In this document: positions 48,872-58,151 of the stretch, in pieces
How the letters are laid out: the number at the start of each line of letters is the position of its first letter
Position numbering within the stretch: position 1 is the stretch's first letter
Source of the DNA: Phycisphaerae bacterium
Lineage (GTDB): Bacteria; Planctomycetota; Phycisphaerae; UBA1845
DNA: 64,000 bases
Assembly (NCBI GenBank): GCA_963666835.2
Contig: CAXXGO010000001.1
Location: 2,016,001-2,080,000, forward strand
Direction: 5' to 3'
Made by a program: the position numbers and the translations under genes
The notes under the pieces: generated by a model
The model's input: only the letters and a program-made list of their open reading frames with translations
What the model was told of the DNA's origin: nothing
Databases searched by the model: none

Positions 48872-49007
48872 GATTAGGCTCTGACAAGGTTGGCGTGGGG
48901 CCCGGTGAGGGTGGTATGGGCAAACTTGTTTGCCCGTGGAGAGCTCGGGGAGACGTTGGGTCGGGCTCTGTCCGACACACGCCTGATCAAAGTAGGCCGA
49001 GGAGAGG

Positions 49008-51323
49008 ATGATGAACATCAATCCTGACGATCCGCGATTGACTGCGTATGCGTTGAACGAGCTGGACGAGGCCGAGCGGGCCGAGGTTGCCGCATTGGTC
49101 GAGCAATCTGAAGATGCCCGCCGGATCGTCGAGGAGATTCGGGCCACCGCCGAACTGCTGACGACCGAGCTTCAGAACGAGCCGGTAGCAGGGGGGCAAG
49201 ACGAAACGGCGGCTCGACTGTCAGAGAGCCAGCGCGCCGCCGTCGAGGCCAAGGCGGCCGGGACCAACGGTAGCGCGTCCAAGGCCGACAATGCGGTGAT
49301 CGCCATCCGTCGCTGGCGCGGCGCCACGCTGGCGTCGGCCGCATCGGTATTGATTGTCGCGGGGACGTGGATCGTCGTGAGGTCCTGGAACGAAATGCGG
49401 CAGACGCTTAGCCCGGCCGGAGTGGGTTCGAGAGTCGTGGCCCAGAATGGTCTGGTGGGTGATGAGGCGTCCATTCTCGATAGCGAAGCTGCCGGAATAC
49501 GGACCGGGCGCGCTTCCGGAGCATTTGCAGGCGACGAGGACGGCGAGAGCGTAAGGAATGGCCCAGTTGGCCTTACGGATCCGTTGTTCACATTCGACAC
49601 CTCTGCGGGCGGCGTAGCCCTCTACTCCATGGATAAACTGATGGTCGATACCCCCGCCCAGGGCGCACCCGCCCGTAAGCGGCGATCGAGTGGTCGAGAC
49701 CAGGAGGAGAACTGGAAACCGAAAGTCTACTTCGGGCCCGCTCCAAATTCCTTCGCCTTCGCCGCGGGAGGCGTTGCGCGGGGCGATGAGGCGTTCAACG
49801 CCTACGTTGAATTCGAGCAGGACGTCAGCGCGTACGGTAACATCTCCTACTGCTACGAGGTTCCGTACTCCGACTTCCCGCCGCGCGAATCCGGTTCGGA
49901 GACCTACGACTCTGTCACGGACAACCCGTTCAATCTGGTATCACGCAATCCCTTGTCGACCTTCTCCATCGACGTGGACACGGCCTCTTATGCGAACGTC
50001 CGCCGTTTTCTCAAATCTGGGCAGATGCCGCGAAAAGGCGCCGTGCGGATCGAGGAGATGGTCAACTACTTCCACTACGACTATCCGCAACCCACCGGGG
50101 ACGATCCGTTCTCCGTTAACGTTGACGTGGCCGAGTGCCCGTGGGAGCCGGATCATCTTTTGGCCCGTATCGGGCTGAAGGGCTGGGAGGTTGCCGAGGA
50201 AGATCGCCCGCCGGCCAACCTCGTTTTTCTGATCGACGTTTCCGGTTCGATGGACGAGCCCAACAAGCTGCCGCTGGTGGTCTCGTCGATGCGAATGCTG
50301 GTCGAAGAGCTCTCCGCTGATGACCGGGTGGCGATGGTGGTTTACGCTGGGGAGTCCGGTTTGGTGCTGCCGTCGACGTCATGCGACAGCAAGAGTGACA
50401 TTTTAGAGGCACTACAGCGTTTGCAGTCCGGCGGGAGCACCAACGGAGGGGCGGGGATCCAGCTCGCCTATGACGTAGCTGAAGAGAACTTCATAGAAGG
50501 CGGGATCAACCGGGTCATCCTGGCCACCGACGGTGATTTCAACGTCGGGACGACCGACCGCGGCTCGCTTACCGAGCTGATCGAAGAGAAAGCGGCCGGG
50601 GGCGTGTTCCTCAGCGTGCTGGGCTTCGGAATGGGCAACTACAACGATGCCACGCTCGAGACTCTGGCCGACAAAGGCAACGGGAACTATGCCTACATCG
50701 ATACGGCGGCCGAGGCGGAGAAGGTGCTGATCGAGCAGATGGGCGGTGCGCTAATCACCATTGCCAAGGATGTGAAGATCCAGGTCGAGTTCAACCCGTT
50801 GGAGGTGCTGGGGTATCGCCTGATCGGGTATGAGAATCGCGTGCTGGCCGCCCAGGACTTCAACGACGATACGAAGGACGCTGGCGAGATCGGGGCGGGG
50901 CACACCGTGACGGCCTTCTACGAACTCTACCCGGCCGATGCGGAAGGCGTGCTTCCCGACATCGACCCGCTCAAGTATCAGACGGAACCGAATCCGTCCC
51001 CGGCGGCCGAGTGCGGCGAACTAATGACCGTCAAACTGCGTTACAAGGAGCCCGATGGCGATACCAGTAAGCTGATCGAGTTTCCCGTTACTGACGACGG
51101 CTTGACCCTGGCGGACATGTCCGACGATTTCGTCTTCGCGGCGTCGGTGGCGTCGTTCGGGATGATCCTGCGCGATTCTCGATACATGGGCGATTCGACG
51201 CTCGCGGCCGTGGCGGAGATGGCCGGGGCGGCGCTGGGCGACGATGAATACGGCTATCGTGCCGAGTTTTTGGAACTGGTCGAACTCGCGGCACAGATCA
51301 AAGCCGCGTCCGAGACCCCCTGA
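49008..51323 (+). CDS. YfbK-like vWA/DUF3520 protein with anti-sigma-like N-terminus and TM
   Basis: LTAYALNEL anti-sigma-like start, TM, STFSIDVDTASY, MIDAS DVSGS, ILATDGDFNVG and GEIGAGH motifs. Confidence 0.9.
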   Translation: MMNINPDDPRLTAYALNELDEAERAEVAALVEQSEDARRIVEEIRATAELLTTELQNEPVAGGQDETAARLSESQRAAVEAKAAGTNGSASKADNAVIAIRRWRGATLASAASVLIVAGTWIVVRSWNEMRQTLSPAGVGSRVVAQNGLVGDEASILDSEAAGIRTGRASGAFAGDEDGESVRNGPVGLTDPLFTFDTSAGGVALYSMDKLMVDTPAQGAPARKRRSSGRDQEENWKPKVYFGPAPNSFAFAAGGVARGDEAFNAYVEFEQDVSAYGNISYCYEVPYSDFPPRESGSETYDSVTDNPFNLVSRNPLSTFSIDVDTASYANVRRFLKSGQMPRKGAVRIEEMVNYFHYDYPQPTGDDPFSVNVDVAECPWEPDHLLARIGLKGWEVAEEDRPPANLVFLIDVSGSMDEPNKLPLVVSSMRMLVEELSADDRVAMVVYAGESGLVLPSTSCDSKSDILEALQRLQSGGSTNGGAGIQLAYDVAEENFIEGGINRVILATDGDFNVGTTDRGSLTELIEEKAAGGVFLSVLGFGMGNYNDATLETLADKGNGNYAYIDTAAEAEKVLIEQMGGALITIAKDVKIQVEFNPLEVLGYRLIGYENRVLAAQDFNDDTKDAGEIGAGHTVTAFYELYPADAEGVLPDIDPLKYQTEPNPSPAAECGELMTVKLRYKEPDGDTSKLIEFPVTDDGLTLADMSDDFVFAASVASFGMILRDSRYMGDSTLAAVAEMAGAALGDDEYGYRAEFLELVELAAQIKAASETP

Positions 51324-51696
51324 CCGACCGGCACGTCAATCCTGAATGGGCTTCACCAGCCCTGAATCGAGGCGGAACCCGGCCAGTATAGGCGAATAGC
51401 AACCTGACGCACACAACGAACTGACCGGACCCGGTGGGAAGTCGCGTGCGCCGGGAAATGTTCGCTTGTGCCCGCGCCAGCGAGGCGATACCCTGCGAGT
51501 TATCGGACAAGGCCTGTTCCGGGTAGGAGGTGGCGCTCCCTATTCCGTACGGTCTGCTGGGTGAGCGGCGAAGGCCGACCGATCTTACTGAAGATGGTGG
51601 CCGGGTCGGATTGCCGGTCGAGTTGCGAACCAGTTGACGACGAGTGCCCCCACGTCTTGGGCGATTCCCAAACGTGGCTTGAGAGGAGGTTGTGTG

Positions 51697-53520
51697 ATGA
51701 CTGATAGGCCGAGCGACCCGCATGATGTCGAAATCCGGGATTCCGTTCCCAGCGGTCTGGCGGTGTCCTCCGACCAGCCCTATCGCATTCTCGTTGTCGC
51801 CGATCTGGCGGGCTCGGCATCCGGGTCGGTCTCCGGGCCGGTTCACGACGGCGTTGTCGGTTTGAGTGCCGATAGCTTTGACGATGTGATGGCCGCGGCA
51901 CAGCCTTCCGTGACTCTCAAGATGACCGATCCGCTCAGTTCCGCCGGGGCGATGGTCGAAGTCAGTCTTCGTTTCGATTCGCTCAAGGGGTTTAATCCGT
52001 CTGCGGTAGCCGAGCAGATCCCGTCCGTGCAGGCTTTGACCAAGGCCCGGGCGATGATTGTGGAGCGTATGCGGGGTAAGACGTCTTCGCAGGCTCTGGC
52101 GGAGGGCATTGCCGCCGTGGTGGCGGCTGATGCCGAACTGACGTGGCTGACCGAATCGCTCCATTGGTCGCCGAGCGCGCCGGCGCCGACTTCCGACGCG
52201 GCGGAGGATCTGCTGGGCCAGATCGATTTCGGAGATGGGGACGCGGAGGAATCTGCTGCTCCGCCGAAGTCTCCGATCGGGGCGGCAGTGGCTGCCGCCG
52301 CCGGTGGGGCGGGGAGCATCTCGGCCAACGAGGCGTCGGCGATGCGCCGCACGTTGGGGGAGATAGACCGGCGGGTGTCCACCTGGCTGACGGCGGTGTT
52401 GCACGCGCCCGAGGTGCAGGGGATTGAGCGATCGTGGCGGTCTCTGGCGTTTTTGGTTTCGCATGTCGACTTCCGCCGCGGGATTCGCCTGTCCGTGATG
52501 CACGCCCCGGCAACTGCGCTGCTCGAGCGGTTCACCTCGTTGCTGATTGATCCGGTTTTCGATGAAGGGGCGGATGCTCCCAATCTGATTGTAGTGGATT
52601 CTCAGTTCGGAAACTCCGCGCCGGATCTCGAGGCCCTTGACGAGTTGGCCCAACACGGTGCCAGTCTTCCGGCTCTGGTCCTGGCCGGAGTCTCAGCGCC
52701 GTTCTTCGGTGTCAAACACGTGTGGCAGATGACGACGTTGCCCGCGGTCCCGAACCTGATGGATCAGTGGCAGTTCGCCAAGTACAAGACTCTGCGCGGT
52801 CAGCCGTATGCCACGGCGTTGTCAGTAGTGTTCGGACGCGGCCTGTTGCGGTCGTTGCACGGGCGGGACAAAGTCGCGGATCTCGAGTTCGCCTTCCGGG
52901 AGGCATGCACTACCGAGCGTGATCTGGTGTGGGCGGGTGGGCCGATCGTGGCCGCCTGTGCAATTGCCGATAGTGTGGCAAGGACTGGTTGGCCGACGAC
53001 CTTCTCGGGTATGGTGCACGGGCGAGTCGAGGGTTTCAAGACCGCCGAGGGCGGGAAGAAGGGCGACAAGAAGTTCGGTCCAAGTGACACCACGTTGGCG
53101 CAGGCGAAGATCGAAGAACTGGGCATGGCGGGCATCAATGCGGCCGTGGGGGTCGCGGACCACGAAGATGTCCTGGTCTGGAACGGAATGACCGTTGCCC
53201 GGGCTCGGCGCAACGATCCGGCGGCGCTGTTCGAGGTGAGCATGCCGTATCAGCTCTTCGCCGGCCGGTTGTCGGCGTTGCTATTCGCCTTGAAGCCAAG
53301 CCTCTCGGGTAAGGGCGGCGAAGAGGTCACCGCACTGGTGACAAAACACATGCGCGACTGGGTGCCATTCGAAGAAGAGCCCAGCGCGGAACAGCTTTCC
53401 GTGCAGACCCAACCCTCGGCAGACCATCCGGAGGTCCTCGATCTGGCCGTCACCGTTGTTCCGCCCTCCTCGCTGCTGCCCGGTGGCGTGCCGGTGGTGA
53501 TGGGATACCGTCTGGGCTGA
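51697..53520 (+). CDS. Fused TssB(VipA)-TssC(VipB)-like contractile sheath protein
   Basis: TssB-like PYRILVVADLAG..SFDDVM..LRFDSLKGFNPSAVAEQIP, then TssC-like EIDRRVSTWLTAVLHAPEVQGIERSWRSLAFLV; GAGGAGG SD. Confidence 0.8.
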   Translation: MTDRPSDPHDVEIRDSVPSGLAVSSDQPYRILVVADLAGSASGSVSGPVHDGVVGLSADSFDDVMAAAQPSVTLKMTDPLSSAGAMVEVSLRFDSLKGFNPSAVAEQIPSVQALTKARAMIVERMRGKTSSQALAEGIAAVVAADAELTWLTESLHWSPSAPAPTSDAAEDLLGQIDFGDGDAEESAAPPKSPIGAAVAAAAGGAGSISANEASAMRRTLGEIDRRVSTWLTAVLHAPEVQGIERSWRSLAFLVSHVDFRRGIRLSVMHAPATALLERFTSLLIDPVFDEGADAPNLIVVDSQFGNSAPDLEALDELAQHGASLPALVLAGVSAPFFGVKHVWQMTTLPAVPNLMDQWQFAKYKTLRGQPYATALSVVFGRGLLRSLHGRDKVADLEFAFREACTTERDLVWAGGPIVAACAIADSVARTGWPTTFSGMVHGRVEGFKTAEGGKKGDKKFGPSDTTLAQAKIEELGMAGINAAVGVADHEDVLVWNGMTVARARRNDPAALFEVSMPYQLFAGRLSALLFALKPSLSGKGGEEVTALVTKHMRDWVPFEEEPSAEQLSVQTQPSADHPEVLDLAVTVVPPSSLLPGGVPVVMGYRLG

Positions 53521-53710
53521 TCCACCGTGGCCTGGTGACTTCGTCCTGTCTCCGAACAGGCGCCACTGCGCGCCGACGCGACACGTCTTTGTCCGGTTGA
53601 GTTGCGCCGACGGCTTGCATTCGGTTGTTCAAGCGATTGGGTTTGACGTCCGGGCGAGCGGAGGCGACACTTCCTATATACGAATCTCTGAGCCCATTTG
53701 GAGATGAATC

Positions 53711-54277
53711 ATGTCACTCACGACAGGGCTGCACAAGGGGATGGTAATCCGCCACGAGGGTCAGCTCTTCTCGGTGCTGGATTTCCGGGTAATCCAGACC
53801 GGCAAGCAGAGACCCACCGTGCACGTGAAACTCCGGTCGGCGTCTACCGGGCACACCGGGGAGCGCACTCTCGACGAGTTGGGCAAGCTCGAAGAGGTGG
53901 CTACGGAGGTCCGGCAGATGCAGTATCTATACCCGGATCGATCCGACCGGGTCTTCATGGACACGGGGACTTTCGAGCAGTACTCCCTGGGCGAGGACGT
54001 TCTCGGCGAGAGTCTGCCGTTTCTGGTCGAGCAAGAGACCTACTCGATCCTGACGATTGAGGAGCAGCCGGTATCTCTGCAGATCCCCGCGGTCGTGGTA
54101 ATGGAGGTGGTCGACACGGCCCCGCCGCAGCACGGCGGCGGAGGCAGCACCGTGCAGAAGGAGGCCACGCTCAATAGCGGGTTGGCCATCCAAGTGCCGC
54201 TGTTTATCAAAAATGGCGACAAGATCCGCGTCAAGGTCGAAAACCGCGAGTATCAGGGCAAGGAGCACGATTCTTGA
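53711..54277 (+). CDS. efp: Elongation factor P (divergent)
   Basis: RQMQYLY, FMDTGTFEQ, KEATLNSGLAIQVPLFIKNGDKIRV and EY motifs; tip loop TGKQ instead of PGKG. Confidence 0.85.
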   Translation: MSLTTGLHKGMVIRHEGQLFSVLDFRVIQTGKQRPTVHVKLRSASTGHTGERTLDELGKLEEVATEVRQMQYLYPDRSDRVFMDTGTFEQYSLGEDVLGESLPFLVEQETYSILTIEEQPVSLQIPAVVVMEVVDTAPPQHGGGGSTVQKEATLNSGLAIQVPLFIKNGDKIRVKVENREYQGKEHDS

Positions 54278-54602
54278 CCGCTGGCAAACTGTGAGCGCCC
54301 CCTCTTCAACGGTTGCGCCCCCTCTTGCGGGGAAGATTCGCTGAGCCGAGAGCGGTGGGGGAAAGGCCCGGTTCGTCGCAAAAGGGGGGCAGAGTGCCCC
54401 AGAATCGCCCCCTGCTGGCCGTTCTCATCGGATGTGAGCAGATAGACCCTGGAAGTGCTCAGAGGGCCTTATATCGATTCGCTGACGTGCATGGCACCGC
54501 AGCCGGCGGCCGATGGAAGAGGACACCGACTCACCGGCGCGGTTTCGCCATGTTCGTTCGCTGAGAACCCCGGTATCGAGCCGATTTCAGCCAACTCCGA
54601 AG

Positions 54603-54788
54603 CTACCATGAGCCCCGTTTCGACAGTTCCCCGGGTTCGAGGTCGTCTTCGTCCTCTTCACGGAGTCGCTGATTGACGTGACCGCGAACCGTCTGCAGGG
54701 TGGGCCCATCTCGCTGTTCGTACTCGCGTAAAGCGTCCTTCACGATCTGGTCGCGGTGGTCAGCCTTCTCTTGATCGCGCCCGTTCAT
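54603..54788 (-). CDS. Small hypothetical protein (61 aa)
   Basis: ATGA-coupled to the upstream ORF; charged helical composition. Confidence 0.55.
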   Translation of the reverse strand: MNGRDQEKADHRDQIVKDALREYEQRDGPTLQTVRGHVNQRLREEDEDDLEPGELSKRGSW

Positions 54789-54973
54789 TTGCTGATGATC
54801 TTGTGCCAGATCTCAGCATCCAGAACCTCTTGATCGTCCAGCTCTACCAACCCCTTACTGGCGAGTTCTCGATCTATGTACCCGGCCAACGACCCATCGG
54901 CCCGATGCTCACGTGGATCGTACGCCCTGACGCACTTTCCGATGATCTCGCGTCGTTTATCATTACCGCTCAT
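54785..54973 (-). CDS. Small hypothetical protein (62 aa)
   Basis: ATGA overlaps on both sides; weak similarity to the 61-aa neighbour. Confidence 0.6.
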   Translation of the reverse strand: MSGNDKRREIIGKCVRAYDPREHRADGSLAGYIDRELASKGLVELDDQEVLDAEIWHKIISK

Positions 54974-55230
54974 ACCGTGCCCCCAATCATCATTAGCCCT
55001 ACATCATGCATCGCCCACTGATCGCCCGGACCCAATCTCGGCAGACCAGCTAACCCGAGCACAACGTTGACAACACCTCGACCCGTGCCCTGCTCTTGCT
55101 TCGGTAAAGCGCAATACCCGCTGAACGCTGCCCGAATAAGTCGACCCCGTACAGGCAGGCCATCGCAAGCATGAACTGCCAAGCATCGAGCACAATCGCA
55201 CTGTTCGGGTTCCTTCCGATGTGCAGGCAT
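54970..55230 (-). CDS. Small Cys-rich hypothetical protein (86 aa)
   Basis: Fits the operon tiling (3-bp gap upstream, ATGA overlap downstream); CDCARC..C..C. Confidence 0.45.
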   Translation of the reverse strand: MPAHRKEPEQCDCARCLAVHACDGLPVRGRLIRAAFSGYCALPKQEQGTGRGVVNVVLGLAGLPRLGPGDQWAMHDVGLMMIGGTV

Positions 55231-55233
55231 TCT

Positions 55234-55566
55234 CTACAGCCCTCGCAATGCCCGTGCAGCCTTGTCGATGTCCGCCACGAAGTTGACATCTGCGATGAGT
55301 CGTCGCCGCACCAACAAGGCAACAAAGCTCGCTAGTGCCTGTTCTGGGTTCGGTGCATCTCTGAACACAGGGTGCCTCGATGCCTCACTGATGAAGTCCG
55401 CCGTCTCGCGTTCGTCCATCGGTCTTGCGGGCATGAATCCGATCGGGCTCGCGTCGTCTTCGATAAGCTCAAGTCGATCGACTGTTGCCGACGGTGGATT
55501 CTCAACAGGTGCGCCGGCCTTCATGACAGATCGGCGCGGGTCTACTCTCTTGCGCGTCGCTCGCAT
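55234..55566 (-). CDS. Hypothetical protein (110 aa)
   Basis: GAGGGTGAG SD before MRATRKR; 4-bp gap from the upstream gene. Confidence 0.6.
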   Translation of the reverse strand: MRATRKRVDPRRSVMKAGAPVENPPSATVDRLELIEDDASPIGFMPARPMDERETADFISEASRHPVFRDAPNPEQALASFVALLVRRRLIADVNFVADIDKAARALRGL

Positions 55567-55570
55567 ATTC

Positions 55571-55945
55571 TCACCCTCTTTTCTTCGTGGTCGACTCTGG
55601 TAACGTCGAAACAGGTTTCCAGTCCTTGGGCGGCGGTTGCTCAAATAGGATGATGTTAACTTGTTTGACGGCTACCTCCGGCCCAACGTCTTTCGGTAAT
55701 ACCGATGCCACTAACTTGGCGTACGTCGTGGGCGCTGTCTTAGCGATCTCCTTGAGTACCTTATCACCGTTGACCGTGTTCCAGGACCGTAAGATCCGTT
55801 CTCGGAGTGCTGCTACATCGAAGTCTCCATCGTCCTCCGGCTTCTTACGTTTTCGACCCTTTTGAACCTTCGCACCCTTGCCGAATTGGCCTTTAGAGTT
55901 TCGCTTTGCGGCCAGCTCATCGAATGGGACGTCACTTTTGGCCAT
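55571..55945 (-). CDS. Terminase small subunit-like / phage DNA-packaging protein
   Basis: RNSKGQFGKG...KGRK N-terminus and PTTYAKLVASVLPKDV, patterns seen in small phage packaging proteins. Confidence 0.55.
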   Translation of the reverse strand: MAKSDVPFDELAAKRNSKGQFGKGAKVQKGRKRKKPEDDGDFDVAALRERILRSWNTVNGDKVLKEIAKTAPTTYAKLVASVLPKDVGPEVAVKQVNIILFEQPPPKDWKPVSTLPESTTKKRG

Positions 55946-56762
55946 CGTCCTTGCCCTTCAAGGGTGTCGTCTCCGTGGCATCGAAAGCAGGGTAAAGCTC
56001 TCTGACGATATCGCGCCATGTCACGATGGTCGATGGCTTCGGCGTCTTCACCAGCTCCACCGCCGCGTTCCACCGCTCGACTGAATTAGTAATCTCGGGG
56101 TTCGGTGGATCACCCTTCAAGACCTTGCGTGCCATGTGCCACTCGTGATAACGCTCTTCCGCCTCGCGTTCCCTCGGCATCCGTAGTTCGATGCGCCGTT
56201 CGATCTGCGCGTCGAAAACGTCCTTAGGCACCTCGACGAAGGGGGCATCAGGATCAGTTTCGGCGATAACAGCCCCTCGACACGTCAGCGTGTGCTTGTC
56301 TAGGTCCGCTTGCGTCAGCACGTTGGCATCGAGTAGCTCCGGGTGCTCAGCTTCGAGCAGTTGTAGAGCCGCTCTCGCCTTGATCGCATCATCCCGAGCA
56401 ACACTCGCCCCGTGGCTCTCCATTTTCAACCGATACGCCTCTTGCTGTCGTTGCTCGATAATTGCATCGGTCTCCGCGTCAAAGTCGATCCGATCGCGAG
56501 CAGCTATTAAAGCCGCTTCCTGTAGTTCCGGTATCCGCGCAGCCTCGACCCGCAATTGCTCTGCACGTCGGACGATGCCGACCCACGTATCGAACTCCTG
56601 CGAAGTGACATTGCCCTTGCACGAGCATTCTGCGAACGCTGCCACGTCAGCATCAGTCATCTTCCGCCCGGCTGCCTCTTTCCTTGCCAGGTTAATCAGC
56701 TTCTTGTGAGCGCCCTTCGCTGAATCCGCCAGTCTCGTCTCTGCCTTCGCCGTCAAACTCAT
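55932..56762 (-). CDS. Helical/coiled-coil hypothetical protein (276 aa)
   Basis: GAGGAG SD before MSLTAK; A/E/R/Q-rich central region. Confidence 0.75.
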   Translation of the reverse strand: MSLTAKAETRLADSAKGAHKKLINLARKEAAGRKMTDADVAAFAECSCKGNVTSQEFDTWVGIVRRAEQLRVEAARIPELQEAALIAARDRIDFDAETDAIIEQRQQEAYRLKMESHGASVARDDAIKARAALQLLEAEHPELLDANVLTQADLDKHTLTCRGAVIAETDPDAPFVEVPKDVFDAQIERRIELRMPREREAEERYHEWHMARKVLKGDPPNPEITNSVERWNAAVELVKTPKPSTIVTWRDIVRELYPAFDATETTPLKGKDDGQK

Positions 56763-57354
56763 CGTCTGTACTCTCCTCTTCAAGTGATACGCCCCCAGCA
56801 AAGGGGACACCGTGTTTCCGTAGTAACCAGTGAACTTGGTCACCGCTCAGTTCTTCATTTTCCATTAGAGCGCCCGCAACCGCCTTGATCGCTGGCCAAT
56901 GCTCTTGAAGTACCTGTCTGGCGTTTGCCCGGGCTCGTTCGTGCTCTTTTGCTTGTCGCTCTGGATCGTCTGGCCAAGCCGCTTCGGCAACGTCATTAGC
57001 CGACCGCCAATCGCCCGATGAACGCTTCTGCTCCTCTAGCAGGAGTTGTTCTGCAACCTCGCCCGCATGAAGAAACATCAACTCGGCACCTGGCTCAACC
57101 TCGTAACCTCTGGACCAGATAGCACCCCACCGTTGTGCGTCCTTATCCTGCTTGATGTTGAGTCGCGTGACGGTCACACCACTCAGGTGTTGGCAGATCG
57201 CGTGCCCCGCTTCGTGGTGTGCTGATCTTGGCATCGCAAACGCCCAGGCAAGCTTCTGCGTCATTGCGTCCAATCGATTCGCCTCGCGCTCTTCCGGGGT
57301 GGGCTCAGAGAGAATAGTGACCTTCGTGGCTGGGATCTTGATAACGTCACTCAT
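56692..57354 (-). CDS. Stand-alone FtsH/M41-like zinc peptidase domain
   Basis: SAHHEAGHAI, AGEVAEQLL, SSGDW and HWPAIKAVAGALMENEELSG motifs; no AAA or TM domain. Confidence 0.8.
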   Translation of the reverse strand: MSDVIKIPATKVTILSEPTPEEREANRLDAMTQKLAWAFAMPRSAHHEAGHAICQHLSGVTVTRLNIKQDKDAQRWGAIWSRGYEVEPGAELMFLHAGEVAEQLLLEEQKRSSGDWRSANDVAEAAWPDDPERQAKEHERARANARQVLQEHWPAIKAVAGALMENEELSGDQVHWLLRKHGVPFAGGVSLEEESTDDEFDGEGRDETGGFSEGRSQEAD

Positions 57355-57899
57355 CCCCCCCGATGCCTCCGCACTGTTGCCACTACATCGGCACCAGTAA
57401 TCCGCTCTCGCGCAAGAAGCTGCTCAGCAAGGTCAACGATGACCGGCCAGTGTTTGCAGACCAGATCCCACGCCACATCGTAGTATGTCTCCAATTGCCG
57501 CACACTTCGATAAACGGTATCGCTCTCGGAGCAACATAAACCCCAAGCAGTATGAAAGTCCTCACAGTATTTCCGCTCACATGGCGGTTTATGTCCTACG
57601 AGTTTTCCCGCTGCCAGCTCGCCCGCAAGGTTGATCAGCACTTCGTCTCGCACCGGTACGTTGGCCGGTCGCATCCAACCACAAGAACCCGTGCACGCAG
57701 GAACGCCGTTAGACTTGGGGCTCGGTCGAATCGTCGCAAAGTCAACACCGTAACCCAGGACATTGGCAATAACCGCATGCCCCGACTCGTGAACCGCAGT
57801 CCGTGAACGCTTGTTCGTACCGAGGCTCTGTCGCCGGACAGGGCGAGACACTAGCCGTATGCGCGGGGCAGGTAAGCGTATCGCTTCACAGCTTGGCAT
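57351..57899 (-). CDS. Stand-alone FtsH/M41-like zinc peptidase domain (paralog)
   Basis: TAVHESGHAV, LAGELA and HWPVIVDLAEQLLARERITG motifs. Confidence 0.78.
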   Translation of the reverse strand: MPSCEAIRLPAPRIRLVSRPVRRQSLGTNKRSRTAVHESGHAVIANVLGYGVDFATIRPSPKSNGVPACTGSCGWMRPANVPVRDEVLINLAGELAAGKLVGHKPPCERKYCEDFHTAWGLCCSESDTVYRSVRQLETYYDVAWDLVCKHWPVIVDLAEQLLARERITGADVVATVRRHRGG

Positions 57900-58107
57900 C
57901 GGTGGTCCCATGGATGAGTCTCAGCCCGAGCGCCCCGAGCAATCGATCTAACGCCGTCAGTGCTAAGCCGCGTTGCCCTCGCAGGAACCTCGATAAGCTG
58001 GTTTCGCTGATTCCCGAACGCTCGCAAACCTCGCGCTGAGATAATCCGGACCGTTGAATACGGCGTTGAACCTGGAGCGCAATCGGTTCGCCCATTTGGC
58101 TTGGCAT
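57886..58107 (-). CDS. XRE/Cro-like HTH regulator
   Basis: GLSQREVCERSGISETSLSRFLRGQRGL...DRLLGALGL. Confidence 0.88.
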   Translation of the reverse strand: MPSQMGEPIALQVQRRIQRSGLSQREVCERSGISETSLSRFLRGQRGLALTALDRLLGALGLRLIHGTTDAKL

Positions 58108-58151
58108 TTGAACACCCCTGTTCAAAACATCACTCTACAACCCCGCGCGGC

